A stretch of DNA of 63,283 nucleotides from Desulfobacterales bacterium. Its GTDB lineage: Bacteria > Desulfobacterota > Desulfobacteria > Desulfobacterales > C00003060. Within the stretch, counting starts at the first letter, position 1. Each line of letters starts with the position of its first letter. Positions 39,859 to 50,241 of this stretch are shown in pieces. The position numbers were made by a program, and so were the translations under genes. The notes beneath the pieces are model-generated. The model was not told the DNA's origin, did no database searches, and worked only from the letters and a program-made list of their open reading frames with translations. The DNA is taken from NCBI GenBank assembly GCA_013375395.1, contig JABXJW010000001.1, forward strand, positions 1-63,283. The letters are read 5' to 3'.

Positions 39859-41409
39859 ATGACGAACGAAGATAAGATTCAAACATTGCTTGAAAAACAT
39901 GCCGAGGCCGAACTCGGTGGTGGTCAGGATCGGATCGATACCCAGCACAAAAAGGGGAAGCTGACGGCGCGGGAACGAATTCATCAGCTTGTCGACAAAG
40001 ACAGTTTCGAAGAGATGGACAAGTTTGTCCTCCACCAATCCACAGATTTCGGCATGGACAAAAAGAGGTTTCCGGGTGACGGGGTCGTAACCGGATACGG
40101 CCGCATCAATGGCCGCCTGGTCTATGTCTTTGCCCAAGACTTCACCATCTTGGGAGGATCTTTAAGCCTTGCTGTAAGTGAGAAGATCTGCAAGGTGATG
40201 GACCTTGCGCGCAAAAACGGAGCCCCGCTCATCGGCCTGAACGATTCAGGAGGCGCTCGCATCCAGGAAGGGGTCTCCAGCCTGGCCGGATACGGCAACA
40301 TATTCATGAGAAACGTCCTTTCCAGCGGCGTTATCCCACAAATTTCAGCCATTATGGGACCGTGTGCCGGCGGGGCGGTCTATTCCCCCGCCCTGACCGA
40401 TTTTGTCTTCATGGTAGAAAATACCAGCTACATGTTTATCACGGGTCCCCAGGTGATCAAGGCCGTGACTCACGAGGAGGTTACCCCTGAAAAGCTGGGA
40501 GGCGCCTTGACCCACAACGCTACGAGCGGGGTCGCCCATTTTAGCGGAAAAGACGGCCCGACTGTGCTGGCCATGATTCGTGAGCTTTTGAGCTTCCTGC
40601 CTCAGAACTGGCGAGAGCTCCCCCCGGATGTTGAACCTACAGATGATCCTGACCGAACCGATATGGGGCTGCGAGAAATCGTTCCGAAAAACCCCAGGCA
40701 ACCCTATAACATGCGCACGATTATCGAGTCCTCGGTTGACAACCATTATTTCTTTGAGGTGCAGGCCAGGTATGCACCCAACATCATTATCGGTTTTGCC
40801 CGCCTGAACGGGAGGACCGTGGGAGTGGTGGCAAACCAACCCTCATTCTTTGCGGGGTGCCTCGATATCAACGCATCCATCAAGGGCGCCAGATTTGTTC
40901 GATTCTGCGATTGTTTCAACGTTCCACTCATCACTTTCTGCGATGTGCCCGGGTTTCTCCCCGGCACGGCTCAGGAATTTGGGGGAATCATAAAGCACGG
41001 TGCAAAGCTTATCTATGCATACTGCGAAGCCGTGGTGCCAAAGATTACCGTTATCACGCGCAAGGCATACGGTGGGGCATACATAGTTATGTCGAGCAAG
41101 CACCTGTGGGGAGACATCAATTTTGCTTACCCCTCGGCAGAGATAGCCGTGATGGGGCCGGAAGGGGCTGTGAACATCGTCTTTAAAAGGGAGATCGGTG
41201 CTGCCGAAGATCCGGCAAAAAAGGAAGCCGAGATGATCGAAGAGTACCGCAGAACTTTTGCCAGTCCGTATCGCGCGGCAGAAAGAGGCTTCATCGATGA
41301 GATTATCCTGCCGGAGCAGACGCGCCCCAAGTTGATCAGGGCACTGGAGTCCCTTGGAAACAAGCGAGACCGCATGCCTGCGAAAAAACACGACAATTTG
41401 CCTTTGTGA
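39859..41409 (+). CDS. acyl-CoA carboxyltransferase (PccB / methylmalonyl-CoA decarboxylase alpha / 12S type)
   Basis: About 516 aa. [25 protein letters not shown]...GCLD. GGAGAG lies upstream of ATG 39859. Confidence 0.85.
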   Translation: MTNEDKIQTLLEKHAEAELGGGQDRIDTQHKKGKLTARERIHQLVDKDSFEEMDKFVLHQSTDFGMDKKRFPGDGVVTGYGRINGRLVYVFAQDFTILGGSLSLAVSEKICKVMDLARKNGAPLIGLNDSGGARIQEGVSSLAGYGNIFMRNVLSSGVIPQISAIMGPCAGGAVYSPALTDFVFMVENTSYMFITGPQVIKAVTHEEVTPEKLGGALTHNATSGVAHFSGKDGPTVLAMIRELLSFLPQNWRELPPDVEPTDDPDRTDMGLREIVPKNPRQPYNMRTIIESSVDNHYFFEVQARYAPNIIIGFARLNGRTVGVVANQPSFFAGCLDINASIKGARFVRFCDCFNVPLITFCDVPGFLPGTAQEFGGIIKHGAKLIYAYCEAVVPKITVITRKAYGGAYIVMSSKHLWGDINFAYPSAEIAVMGPEGAVNIVFKREIGAAEDPAKKEAEMIEEYRRTFASPYRAAERGFIDEIILPEQTRPKLIRALESLGNKRDRMPAKKHDNLPL

Positions 41410-41497
41410 AGGGGTATGTATCATTCCAGAAGAAGATATTCCTCATTCAAAGGAGTACTGACAACTTTCAACGGACAGTCCCGCCAATTGAATAGAG

Positions 41498-42244
41498 ATG
41501 TTTAGGTCCTTCAACTTGCCGTTTCCAGCTTGCGTTGGCCTGCTGTTCTTTTTGTTGAGCTGTGCCGCGCCGGAAAAAAGGCCGTCCCCGCAGCCTGGAT
41601 ATCCTGCTCCATACAAGATCGGCAAGCGATGGTATCAACCCATGAGACATGGCAACGGCTTTCGCCAAAGAGGGATGGCATCGTGGTACGGGAGGGAGTT
41701 TCACGGTCGGAAGACATCAAACGGCGAGGCTTATGATATGTATGCCTGCACAGCGGCTCACAAGACCTTGCCCATGGGAACCTACGTCAGGGTTCATAAT
41801 TTAACGAACGGCAGGGAGGTGGACGTCAGAATAAACGACCGGGGGCCTTTTGTACGGGGGCGGATCATTGACCTGTCGTATGGATCTGCAAAAAAAATTG
41901 GTTTGGTAGGCCCCGGCACCGCCCACGTGGAGATCGTTGTATTAGGCGTACCGAATGAGACCACGGTCAACGGCAAGGTTCAGCGCACATTCGTCTCCGG
42001 CAATTACTACGTCGGCGATTTTACCATCCAGGTAGGATCCTTCAGGGATAAAGAGAACGCGCTTAGGCTCAAGAACAAGCTGGCACAGACATACGAAGAC
42101 GCCTATATTGTCGTCTATGATGGCGGCAACGACACCTTTTACAGGGTGCGGGTTGCAAGATGTACAACCCTTGATCGGGCTAAGCAGTACGAAAAGATGC
42201 TGGAAGCGGATGGATATCCGAACACTATTGTCGTGGCGCGTTAG
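41498..42244 (+). CDS. rlpA: septal-ring lytic transglycosylase RlpA (DPBB + SPOR)
   Basis: GMASWYGREFHGRKTSNGEAYD...TAAHKTLP...RINDRGPF. C-terminal SPOR-like domain. Confidence 0.85.
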   Translation: MFRSFNLPFPACVGLLFFLLSCAAPEKRPSPQPGYPAPYKIGKRWYQPMRHGNGFRQRGMASWYGREFHGRKTSNGEAYDMYACTAAHKTLPMGTYVRVHNLTNGREVDVRINDRGPFVRGRIIDLSYGSAKKIGLVGPGTAHVEIVVLGVPNETTVNGKVQRTFVSGNYYVGDFTIQVGSFRDKENALRLKNKLAQTYEDAYIVVYDGGNDTFYRVRVARCTTLDRAKQYEKMLEADGYPNTIVVAR

Positions 42245-42525
42245 GGCGAGTTAATCTTTTTTCTTAACACGCCCGAAGTCTTAAAGACGACTACCCTTCG
42301 GGCGCGCAACTGCAGGTCCTTACGCGTCTGCGGGTTGCGCCCCCTGCGGGCCCTCTTTTCTTTGACGACAAATTTCCCAAAACCACTTATGAGAAGGTCT
42401 TCACCACTTTCCAGGGTGCGCTTCATGATTTCCATGAGCTGCTCGACTACTTGTCTTGCGTGGTTTTTCCTTAGGCCAAGTTTCAGGTAAACGTCATTGA
42501 TGATCTGGTCTTTGGTTAGGGCCAT
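42241..42525 (-). CDS. IHF/HU-family DNA-binding protein
   Basis: MALTKDQIIN...GFGKFVVKEKRARRGRNPQT. AAGGAG lies 8 nt upstream of ATG 42525. Confidence 0.85.
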   Translation of the reverse strand: MALTKDQIINDVYLKLGLRKNHARQVVEQLMEIMKRTLESGEDLLISGFGKFVVKEKRARRGRNPQTRKDLQLRARRVVVFKTSGVLRKKINSP

Positions 42526-42635
42526 AAGGTCAGCTCCTTTCGCGCCGATTGGTAGTCGTTGTTGCGTGACATTAGCCTCGTAAAATTGTATATGCATCAA
42601 ATTCAATAGGATGTCAAGTATCTATTGCTGCAAGG

Positions 42636-43214
42636 ATGAAAAAAGTGAAGGTTATTTTTCTAGACAGAGACGGTGTTATCAACAAGGAGCGCCCGGATTA
42701 TGTGAAGGGTTGGTCTGAGTTCGAATTTTTGCCGGGCAGCCTTGAGGCAATGAAGCTCTTGACCCTCAACGGGTACTGCATCATTGTGATCACAAATCAA
42801 TCTGCGGTCAATCGAAAAATGATCACAGATGCCGAGCTTCAAGAGATCCATGATAAGATGACCGCAGATTTGGCCGCCCGTGGCGGCAACATAGAAGCCA
42901 TCTACTATTGTCCTCATCTTCCCGAGGACGACTGTAGCTGCCGCAAGCCTGAACCGGGCTTAATTTACAGGGCACAAACCGACTATGGGCTGAATCTTTC
43001 CGAAACCTGCGTGGTGGGGGACAGCCTTAAGGACATGCGCATTGGCCGTCTGACAGGTTGCGGAAGGATAATACTGGTTCGCACGGGTCACGGTGAGGAG
43101 ACGGAACGTATTTGCCAAGATGCCGGTATAACGCCTGATTATGTGGCCGATGACCTCATGGCCGCTGTGAAATGGCTTCTTGATGAAGGCTCAAAGTTGA
43201 AAGCTCAAAGTTGA
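42636..43214 (+). CDS. gmhB: D,D-heptose 1,7-bisphosphate phosphatase (HAD-IIIA)
   Basis: FLDRDGVIN, TNQS, YYCPH...CSCRKP, GDS. Confidence 0.8.
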   Translation: MKKVKVIFLDRDGVINKERPDYVKGWSEFEFLPGSLEAMKLLTLNGYCIIVITNQSAVNRKMITDAELQEIHDKMTADLAARGGNIEAIYYCPHLPEDDCSCRKPEPGLIYRAQTDYGLNLSETCVVGDSLKDMRIGRLTGCGRIILVRTGHGEETERICQDAGITPDYVADDLMAAVKWLLDEGSKLKAQS

Positions 43215-43265
43215 AAGGTTGTATGTGTGTGAAGCTCTTGAACTATACACTTTGAGCCTTCAGCT

Positions 43266-44027
43266 TCAATACAAGTTTGCCAGGCTGTTGATTAGGGCCG
43301 CAATGTAGCCGGCGCCGAAGCCATTGTCTATGTTTACCACGCTTACATTGGAAGCGCAGCTGTTGAGCATGGCCAGCATGGCCGTGATCCCGCCGAAGCT
43401 CGCTCCGTAGCCCACGCTGGTAGGAACGGCAATCACCGGTTTGTCTACAAGCCCCCCCACGACACTGGGAAGCGCACCCTCCATGCCGGCTACCACTACA
43501 AAGACCGAGGCCTTGCCCCAGAACTCATCCCGACCCATTAAGCGATGGATTCCGGATACCCCCACATCGTAAAGGCTCCTCACCTTGTGTCCCATGGTCG
43601 TTGCAGTAACAACCGCCTCTTCGGCCACGGGAATATCCGAGGTGCCTGCTGCAATCACCATGATAAGCCCCTTGCCGGCAGGCTTGGCAGGCAGAGATCT
43701 ACGCACCAGCACGCGTGCATCGGCGTGATAGGCGGCATCGGGATATTCGGCAGTTATGGTTCCGGCCTTTTCCGGGGAAAGGCGAGTAACCATCACCGTG
43801 TCCCCTTGCTTGACCATGGCCTTCATAATCCCCAAGATCTGCTCGGGTGATTTGGATTGCCCGAAAATAACCTCCGGGAAGCCCTTTCTCAAAGAACGGT
43901 GGTGGTCCACTCGCGCATAAGCCAGATCTTCAAAGGGGAGGCGCTTTAATCTTGAAACAGCATCCTCTATGGTTGTACGGCCGCAAGCGACCGATTCCAA
44001 GAGTTGTCTTAGGGCATTGAGATCCAT
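43266..44027 (-). CDS. larB: nickel-pincer cofactor biosynthesis protein LarB (PurE-like)
   Basis: 253 aa. ARVDHHRSLRKGFPEVIFG and AGTSD...VAGMEGALPSVV. Confidence 0.8.
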   Translation of the reverse strand: MDLNALRQLLESVACGRTTIEDAVSRLKRLPFEDLAYARVDHHRSLRKGFPEVIFGQSKSPEQILGIMKAMVKQGDTVMVTRLSPEKAGTITAEYPDAAYHADARVLVRRSLPAKPAGKGLIMVIAAGTSDIPVAEEAVVTATTMGHKVRSLYDVGVSGIHRLMGRDEFWGKASVFVVVAGMEGALPSVVGGLVDKPVIAVPTSVGYGASFGGITAMLAMLNSCASNVSVVNIDNGFGAGYIAALINSLANLY

Positions 44028-44173
44028 CGCGATTGTCGACTATCTAACATCGGAGCCTTAAGCAGTCAATAAGAATAGTAAATAGCACAAGCGGCTTGAT
44101 TTACAACCCAGTTGTGCTATTTAAGCTGATGGTAGATATTTTGTGCACAGCTCACAGGCAATGAGATGTTTGC

Positions 44174-44620
44174 ATGGAGGACGCAGATCGCATAGTGGCA
44201 TCGGAGTTTACGGCAGGCCGCTCTATGATGGGGAGGCTCCCCTGGGGCAAGGACCTCATCAAAGCCGTAGAGGATTTTTGTGCGGATCATTCCATTAAGA
44301 CCGCTGTATTCTCCATTGTCGGATCTGTTACATCGGCCACCCTTGGATCATTCGACCATAACCAACAGGTATACGTTACTTTCAAGAAGGAGGAGGCGCT
44401 CGAAATCGTCCATTGTACCGGCAATGTTTCACTGAAAAACGGCAAGCCCGCCGTCAACGGCCATGGCGTGTTTGCCGATATTGACGGCCGGACCGTAGGA
44501 GGGCACATTTTCTCGGAAACCATGGTCTATGCAGCAGAGATATACTTTCAGGAACTTGTGGGAGGGTCTTTGACAAGGGAGTACGACGAGCAAACAGGAC
44601 TTTTTCTATGGAAACTTTGA
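44174..44620 (+). CDS. PPC (DUF296) domain protein
   Basis: 148 aa. Pattern of IVGSVTSATLG...LEIVHCTGNVS...HGVFADIDGRTVGGHI. Confidence 0.6.
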   Translation: MEDADRIVASEFTAGRSMMGRLPWGKDLIKAVEDFCADHSIKTAVFSIVGSVTSATLGSFDHNQQVYVTFKKEEALEIVHCTGNVSLKNGKPAVNGHGVFADIDGRTVGGHIFSETMVYAAEIYFQELVGGSLTREYDEQTGLFLWKL

Positions 44621-44654
44621 GCTTTGTGTCGGACCGGAAAGAGGGAAACGGGAA

Positions 44655-45725
44655 ATGGAACTGAGGATAGAAAGGGTTAAAACACCCGGGAAACGTCCGG
44701 GTGATTCGGAGTTGAGGTTTGGGCAAATCTTTTCCGACCACATGTTCAACATGGACTACACGCCGGAGTCCGGATGGCACAATGCGCGCATAGAACCTTA
44801 CGGCCCCATTGTCATGGACCCGGCCACCATGGTCCTTCATTACGGCCAGGCCATCTTTGAAGGCCTGAAGGCATACCGAGCCGGCAACGGCAAGATCCAG
44901 CTATTTAGACCTGAGCGCAACATGGCCAGGTTCAATCGATCGGCACGGTTTGTATGCATCCCCGAGGTTGATGAGACGTTTATCCTGAATGCCATAAAAA
45001 AGCTTGTCGCAATTGACAAAGACTGGGTTCCAAGCGCCCCTGAAACCTCCCTGTACATTCGTCCTTCTATTGTTGCCATGGACTCCTACCTGGGGGTGCG
45101 CCCCTCGCGCACCTATCGCCTCTTTGTCATTTTATCTCCGGTCGCAGCCTACTATCGAGAGGGGTTCAACCCTGTAAAGATATGGGTTACAAACAAATAC
45201 GTTCGAACAGTGCGCGGCGGTCTGGGCGAGGCCAAGACGGCAGCCAACTATGCGGCCAGTCTTTATGGCGCCGAGGTGGCCAAGCAGGCGGGTTACACCC
45301 AAGTGTTGTGGCTGGATGCCATCGAGCATCGCTACATCGAAGAGGTGGGCACCATGAATATATTCTTTGTAATTGATGGGCAACTCGTGACTCCGCCTCT
45401 CGGTGGGAGTATCCTGGCGGGAATTACACGCGACTCCGTTCTTGAGCTGGCAAGACACTGGGACATTCCTGCATCTGAACGACCCATCACAATTAATGAG
45501 GTCATGACAGCGCAGAAGAACGGAAGCCTTCAAGAGATATTCGGCTCCGGCACTGCTGCCGTCATTTCTCCGGTGAGTTATCTCGCATGGCAAGATGAGG
45601 TGATTACGGTGGGCAATGGTGGAGTTGGCCCCATGGCCCATAGATTTTATGAAACTATCACGGACATTCAGTACGGCCGGGCCGAGGACCCCTTCGGCTG
45701 GGTGGTGCCGGTCGAAGTTGAATAG
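44655..45725 (+). CDS. ilvE: branched-chain amino-acid aminotransferase
   Basis: 356 aa. Class IV fold signatures: HYGQAIFEGLKAY, AKTAANYA, GTAAVISPV. Confidence 0.85.
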   Translation: MELRIERVKTPGKRPGDSELRFGQIFSDHMFNMDYTPESGWHNARIEPYGPIVMDPATMVLHYGQAIFEGLKAYRAGNGKIQLFRPERNMARFNRSARFVCIPEVDETFILNAIKKLVAIDKDWVPSAPETSLYIRPSIVAMDSYLGVRPSRTYRLFVILSPVAAYYREGFNPVKIWVTNKYVRTVRGGLGEAKTAANYAASLYGAEVAKQAGYTQVLWLDAIEHRYIEEVGTMNIFFVIDGQLVTPPLGGSILAGITRDSVLELARHWDIPASERPITINEVMTAQKNGSLQEIFGSGTAAVISPVSYLAWQDEVITVGNGGVGPMAHRFYETITDIQYGRAEDPFGWVVPVEVE

Positions 45726-45748
45726 AAAAATGACGGGTGTTGCAAAAG

Positions 45749-46399
45749 ATGATTATCAAGCAGCTCAAAGTAGGGCCTATGGAGGTGTTTTGCTATATCC
45801 TGGCATGCAAGGCCACCCAAAAGGCCCTATTGATCGATCCCGGAGGCGACGAAGGGCGCATCATCGATACGGCTCGCGCCCTTGGCCTTACCATTGAATC
45901 GGTGGTGAACACCCACGGTCATCCTGATCATACCTGCGGCAACCGCAAGATCGTGGAGCTCACTGGGGCGAAGATATATATGCACGCCCTGGACGATCGG
46001 CTTTTCAATACGCCCGATGGGCAATCCATGGCCAGGCAGATGGGCTTTGAGTCGTCTCCTCCGGCAGACGTCGTCTTGCAGGATGGGGATACCATCGCTT
46101 TTGGCGAAAAGGAACTCTCCGTGTTGCATACCCCTGGTCACAGCCCCGGCGGAATCTGCCTGCACGGGGAAAACAATCTTTTCACCGGAGACACGCTTTT
46201 TGTAGGTGCGGTGGGGAGAACCGACCTGCCGGGCGGCTCTATGGAGACGCTGTTGCGCTCTATTCAAGAGAAGATACTCTCTCTTCCGGATGATACCATT
46301 GTCTGGCCGGGCCACAATTATGGAGGGAGCCCCTCTTCAACCATTGCACTTGAAAAGAACCACAATCCCTATATCACAGACTTTCAACTGATACGGTAA
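45749..46399 (+). CDS. MBL-fold metallo-hydrolase (glyoxalase II-like)
   Basis: NTHGHPDH, HTPGHSPG, GDTLF. Alternative GTG start at 45737. Confidence 0.8.
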   Translation: MIIKQLKVGPMEVFCYILACKATQKALLIDPGGDEGRIIDTARALGLTIESVVNTHGHPDHTCGNRKIVELTGAKIYMHALDDRLFNTPDGQSMARQMGFESSPPADVVLQDGDTIAFGEKELSVLHTPGHSPGGICLHGENNLFTGDTLFVGAVGRTDLPGGSMETLLRSIQEKILSLPDDTIVWPGHNYGGSPSSTIALEKNHNPYITDFQLIR

Positions 46400-46409
46400 G
46401 GCATGCCCC

Positions 46410-46970
46410 ATGATATCCCCGGAGCAGAATGCGCAGATTGACTTTACACCCAGCAATTTCCTGGGCAGTCTTTTTCTCGTAGTAAAGACCGTTCTACTTT
46501 CTCCGGGATTCTTCTATGAGAAGATGAAAACCGAAGGGGGGCTGCGAAATCCGCTAATCTTTCTCATCTGCTGCGTCCTTATCCATACTTTAATTGTCAG
46601 CCTGTTTGTTGCCAAGCCAACCATTATAATCTTTAATTTAATCAATGGGATACTGATGCCCTTTGTGACGGCAGGCATTCTCTTTTTCATCATCACAAGG
46701 CTTTTCAAGGCATCGGGCACATATGAACTCTCCCTCAGGGTAAACGCCTATGCAGCAGCCACGGCGCTGTTTTCCTGGATTCCCGTCATAGGCCTGCTCT
46801 TGCAGCTTTACCGGTTTTATCTGATCGCCCTGGGGCTTAGCCGCACCTTTTCTATCAAGCTCTCCCAGTCTTTTTTGGCCATCGCCATAACGGTCGTCAT
46901 ATACATAGTCACTCTTGGGCCTATCATGAGCTATATCCTTGGCGGCCAGCCGCCACCCCCTGTTCCCTGA
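46410..46970 (+). CDS. Yip1-like multi-pass membrane protein
   Basis: 186 aa with five hydrophobic helices. Confidence 0.55.
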   Translation: MISPEQNAQIDFTPSNFLGSLFLVVKTVLLSPGFFYEKMKTEGGLRNPLIFLICCVLIHTLIVSLFVAKPTIIIFNLINGILMPFVTAGILFFIITRLFKASGTYELSLRVNAYAAATALFSWIPVIGLLLQLYRFYLIALGLSRTFSIKLSQSFLAIAITVVIYIVTLGPIMSYILGGQPPPPVP

Positions 46971-46988
46971 AACACGGAGCAAGCCGCC

Positions 46989-48428
46989 ATGAAAAATCAC
47001 AATCAATTGGAGGCAGAAACGGCTAAACAGTTTCAACCGTTTGCCGAGAAAATGGAAAGAAACGGCCTGCCACCAATCGTTGTTGATACTTTCAGGCATT
47101 ATTACACGCTGTTGGTCAGAGGTGAAACCGGGCTCATCTCAAACGCGGACATCGATCCGGTTGCAGAAGGTGAGATCGCTGATGTGGAAAAGCTTACCGG
47201 GCTGAAGGAAGCGGGGCGGGCGGCTGTGGGAAAATCGGTCGTCATCAAACTGAATGGGGGGCTCGGCACGAGCATGGGCCTGTCACGGGCCAAATCGCTC
47301 CTTACTGTCAAGGACAACCTTGCCTTCCTGGATATCATTGCAAGGCAGATCCTTATCTACAGACAAGAGTATGGGGTCAGGCTACCCGTGGTTTTCATGA
47401 ATAGCTTCAGCACCGAAGCAGACACCCTTGAAGCCCTTGCCTCATACGGCGATCTTGCTGCCGGGCCTATCCCCCTGAGTTTCTTACAGCACAAATTCCC
47501 CAAGGTGTTTCAGGAAGGGCTGACCCCTGCCACATGGCCTGCTGATCCCGACCTGGAGTGGAATCCGCCCGGCCACGGAGACATATACACTGCACTGGTG
47601 ACATCGGGAATGCTCAAAAAGCTGCTGGATGCGGGCATTCTTTATGCGTTTATCTCGAATTCGGACAACCTTGGCGCCGTCATGGACGAGACCATTCTGG
47701 GCTATTTTGCCGAGAATAACTTTGCCTTTATGATGGAGGTGGCGGACCGAACCGAGGCTGACAGCAAAGGGGGACACCTTGCCCGTCTTAAGAACGGCCG
47801 GCTCACGCTGAGGGAAATTGCCCAGTGCCCTGAAGACGAGTTAAGTCAATTCCAGGATGTCAAAGTATACAAGTATTTTAATACGAACACCATCTGGATA
47901 AATATGGCGGCCCTCAAGGAATTGCTCGATGCGCATAACAACGTGATTCGCCTTGACATGATCAGAAACCCCAAAACGGTCGATCCTAAAGATGAATCCT
48001 CCCCGCCGGTCTATCAACTGGAGACCGCCATGGGATCGGCGATTTCCGTTTTTGAGGAGGCTGCAGCAATACGGGTGCCGAGATCCCGGTTTGCTCCCGT
48101 CAAGAAATGCCAGGACCTTCTTGCCCTCTGGTCCGATTGCTATGTGCTCACAGATGACAGCCGTGTGATCCAAAATCCGAAAAGAAGGCTGGGCACACTG
48201 GTACTAAGGCTTGACAGCAGGTACTATAAGAAAATCGACCAGCTTAGGGCCCGTTTTCCCCATGGCGCCCCTTCCCTGCTCGAGTGTGCTGCTCTAGATG
48301 TCAAGGGCGACGTTACCTTTGGCAAAGGGGTTTCGATCAAGGCAAAGGTGGCAATTGCCAATCGTACGGACAAGCCGGTCGCTGTTGCCGATGGAAGCCT
48401 GATAGAAGAGGATATGGTCTTTGCATAA
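46989..48428 (+). CDS. UDPGP-family UTP--glucose-1-phosphate uridylyltransferase (eukaryote-type)
   Basis: KLNGGLGTSMG, NSDNLGA, PPGHGD. Confidence 0.8.
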   Translation: MKNHNQLEAETAKQFQPFAEKMERNGLPPIVVDTFRHYYTLLVRGETGLISNADIDPVAEGEIADVEKLTGLKEAGRAAVGKSVVIKLNGGLGTSMGLSRAKSLLTVKDNLAFLDIIARQILIYRQEYGVRLPVVFMNSFSTEADTLEALASYGDLAAGPIPLSFLQHKFPKVFQEGLTPATWPADPDLEWNPPGHGDIYTALVTSGMLKKLLDAGILYAFISNSDNLGAVMDETILGYFAENNFAFMMEVADRTEADSKGGHLARLKNGRLTLREIAQCPEDELSQFQDVKVYKYFNTNTIWINMAALKELLDAHNNVIRLDMIRNPKTVDPKDESSPPVYQLETAMGSAISVFEEAAAIRVPRSRFAPVKKCQDLLALWSDCYVLTDDSRVIQNPKRRLGTLVLRLDSRYYKKIDQLRARFPHGAPSLLECAALDVKGDVTFGKGVSIKAKVAIANRTDKPVAVADGSLIEEDMVFA

Positions 48429-48436
48429 CGGGCGGG

Positions 48437-49321
48437 TCAAAGTCTTACGGCCCTATAGAGATCTCTTGCATGATAAGAACTCCGCACAAACGGCGCACTG
48501 GCAACTTCTGAAAATCCCATTTCAAGAGCTGTATCCTTCCAGTTGTCAAATTCTTCCGGGCGAATAAATCGCTCAACCCGTAAGTGCTCCCTTGTGGGCT
48601 GAAGATATTGACCAAGAGTCAGGATGCGGCAACCGGCATCAAGAAGATCTTGCAGCGTTTGTTTGAGTTCTTCTGCAAGTTCTCCAAGGCCGAGCATAAT
48701 GCCTGATTTCGCTGGGATGGCACGATCGTACTGTGCGGCTCGCTTTAGCAGTTCGAGTGAGCGACGGTAGTCGGCCTCTGGCCGAACCAACGGATAAATA
48801 CGCAGGACGGTTTCAATGTTATGGTTCAAAACATCCGGACGGGCCGCCATGACTGTGTGAAGCGAATCTGTGTCGCCCTGAAAATCGGGTATCAAGACCT
48901 CCACAAGCGCATCGGGGATCCTTTTGCGGATCTCTTTAATTGTTTTTGCAAAATGTGCGGCGCCACCGTCGGCAAGATCGTCGCGGGTAACAGAGGTAAT
49001 GACTACATAGCTCAACTGCATCCTTTGCGCAGCTTCGGCCACCCTGGCCGGTTCTCCGGGATCGGGCGGGCCCTGGGGCCCGTGTTCCACCGCGCAGAAA
49101 CGGCAATTGCGCGTGCATGAGGGGCCCATAATCAGAAAGGTTGAAGTCTGTTTGGAAAAACACTCCCAGATATTGGGACATTTTGCTTCCTGGCACACGG
49201 TGTGAAGCCTGCTTTTGTTCAGCAGCCCCCTCACTTTTTCGCATGCAGGCCCCGCCGGGAGACTCCGCTTCAGCCAGCGTGGTTTTCGTGTGTGCATTTT
49301 CGAATTCTGTTGCTCAATCAT
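48437..49321 (-). CDS. lipA: lipoyl synthase
   Basis: CPNIWEC, CTRNCRFC, SGIMLGLGE. Confidence 0.9.
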   Translation of the reverse strand: MIEQQNSKMHTRKPRWLKRSLPAGPACEKVRGLLNKSRLHTVCQEAKCPNIWECFSKQTSTFLIMGPSCTRNCRFCAVEHGPQGPPDPGEPARVAEAAQRMQLSYVVITSVTRDDLADGGAAHFAKTIKEIRKRIPDALVEVLIPDFQGDTDSLHTVMAARPDVLNHNIETVLRIYPLVRPEADYRRSLELLKRAAQYDRAIPAKSGIMLGLGELAEELKQTLQDLLDAGCRILTLGQYLQPTREHLRVERFIRPEEFDNWKDTALEMGFSEVASAPFVRSSYHARDLYRAVRL

Positions 49322-49412
49322 TTCGTTCTCTCGCCCGCTCCTTTGACTCGCCCGAGCACACAGAGATCCCTGAGATAATCTTTTTGCCCCGATTTCTTGA
49401 GACGGTGAACAG

Positions 49413-50114
49413 TCAGCTTTTCAAATGACCCTGCAATTCTGCCAGGCTTGTCATGACAAGCTCAACCCCGAAAAGCGCCTCCACATGCCGTTTTACGCTG
49501 TTGCGTACTTGATCCATTGATACTTTATGTGAAAGCTCCTGGGCCATGGACGTCGTGCCGGTATCCTGAAGACCGCAGGGGTTTATCCAGCCGAAAGGCT
49601 CCAGCGAGAGATTGACGTTGAATGCCATGCCGTGGAAGGAAATCCCATGGCGAACAGCTATGCCGACGCTGCCCAATTTATTATTGCCTACCCATATCCC
49701 CCTGTTGGCAGAATTCCTCTCAGCCTTGATCCCCCAGTCTGAAGCAGTTCGAAGCATGACTTCTTCGAGATTTTCAACATAATCGGTCACTGTCTGCCTG
49801 GGAGAGTGAAGATCGATTATGGGATACATAATGAGCTGGCCGGGCCCGTGAAAAGTAATGTTTCCCCCCCGTTGCACCTGAATCACCCCGATGCCTGCTT
49901 TTGCCAGAAAACCCCTCGACACCCTCAGGTTGTCCAGCCCGCCCCTGTTGCCGATGGTAAAAACCGGCGGGTGCTCCAACAATAAGACAACATTTGTGTC
50001 AATGCTTCTGTCTTTTCTTGCATCCACAATGCTGACCTGAAGATCCCACGCCTCCCTGTACTCTGTGGCAGGAAGCTCAACGCAAAGCCATCTTTTGTCA
50101 AATCGCGCGAGCAT
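49413..50114 (-). CDS. lipB: octanoyl/lipoyl transferase
   Basis: RGGNITFHGPGQL and GNNKLGSVGI. Confidence 0.85.
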   Translation of the reverse strand: MLARFDKRWLCVELPATEYREAWDLQVSIVDARKDRSIDTNVVLLLEHPPVFTIGNRGGLDNLRVSRGFLAKAGIGVIQVQRGGNITFHGPGQLIMYPIIDLHSPRQTVTDYVENLEEVMLRTASDWGIKAERNSANRGIWVGNNKLGSVGIAVRHGISFHGMAFNVNLSLEPFGWINPCGLQDTGTTSMAQELSHKVSMDQVRNSVKRHVEALFGVELVMTSLAELQGHLKS

Positions 50115-50177
50115 CAGTATGGTTGGTATTAGTCCGTTAGTTGTGAAACTCGTGTTTTTTTATGAAACAACCGGATT

Positions 50178-50218
50178 CGTTGGAGCGACCGTGTTTTCAA
50201 CGACCTAAATTGTTACGA
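50178..50218 (-). repeat. partial copy of family B element
   Basis: The reverse complement is 37 of 41 identical to 17979-18019. Confidence 0.6.
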
Positions 50219-50241
50219 TTTTTGCAGCTAAGAGACCATTA

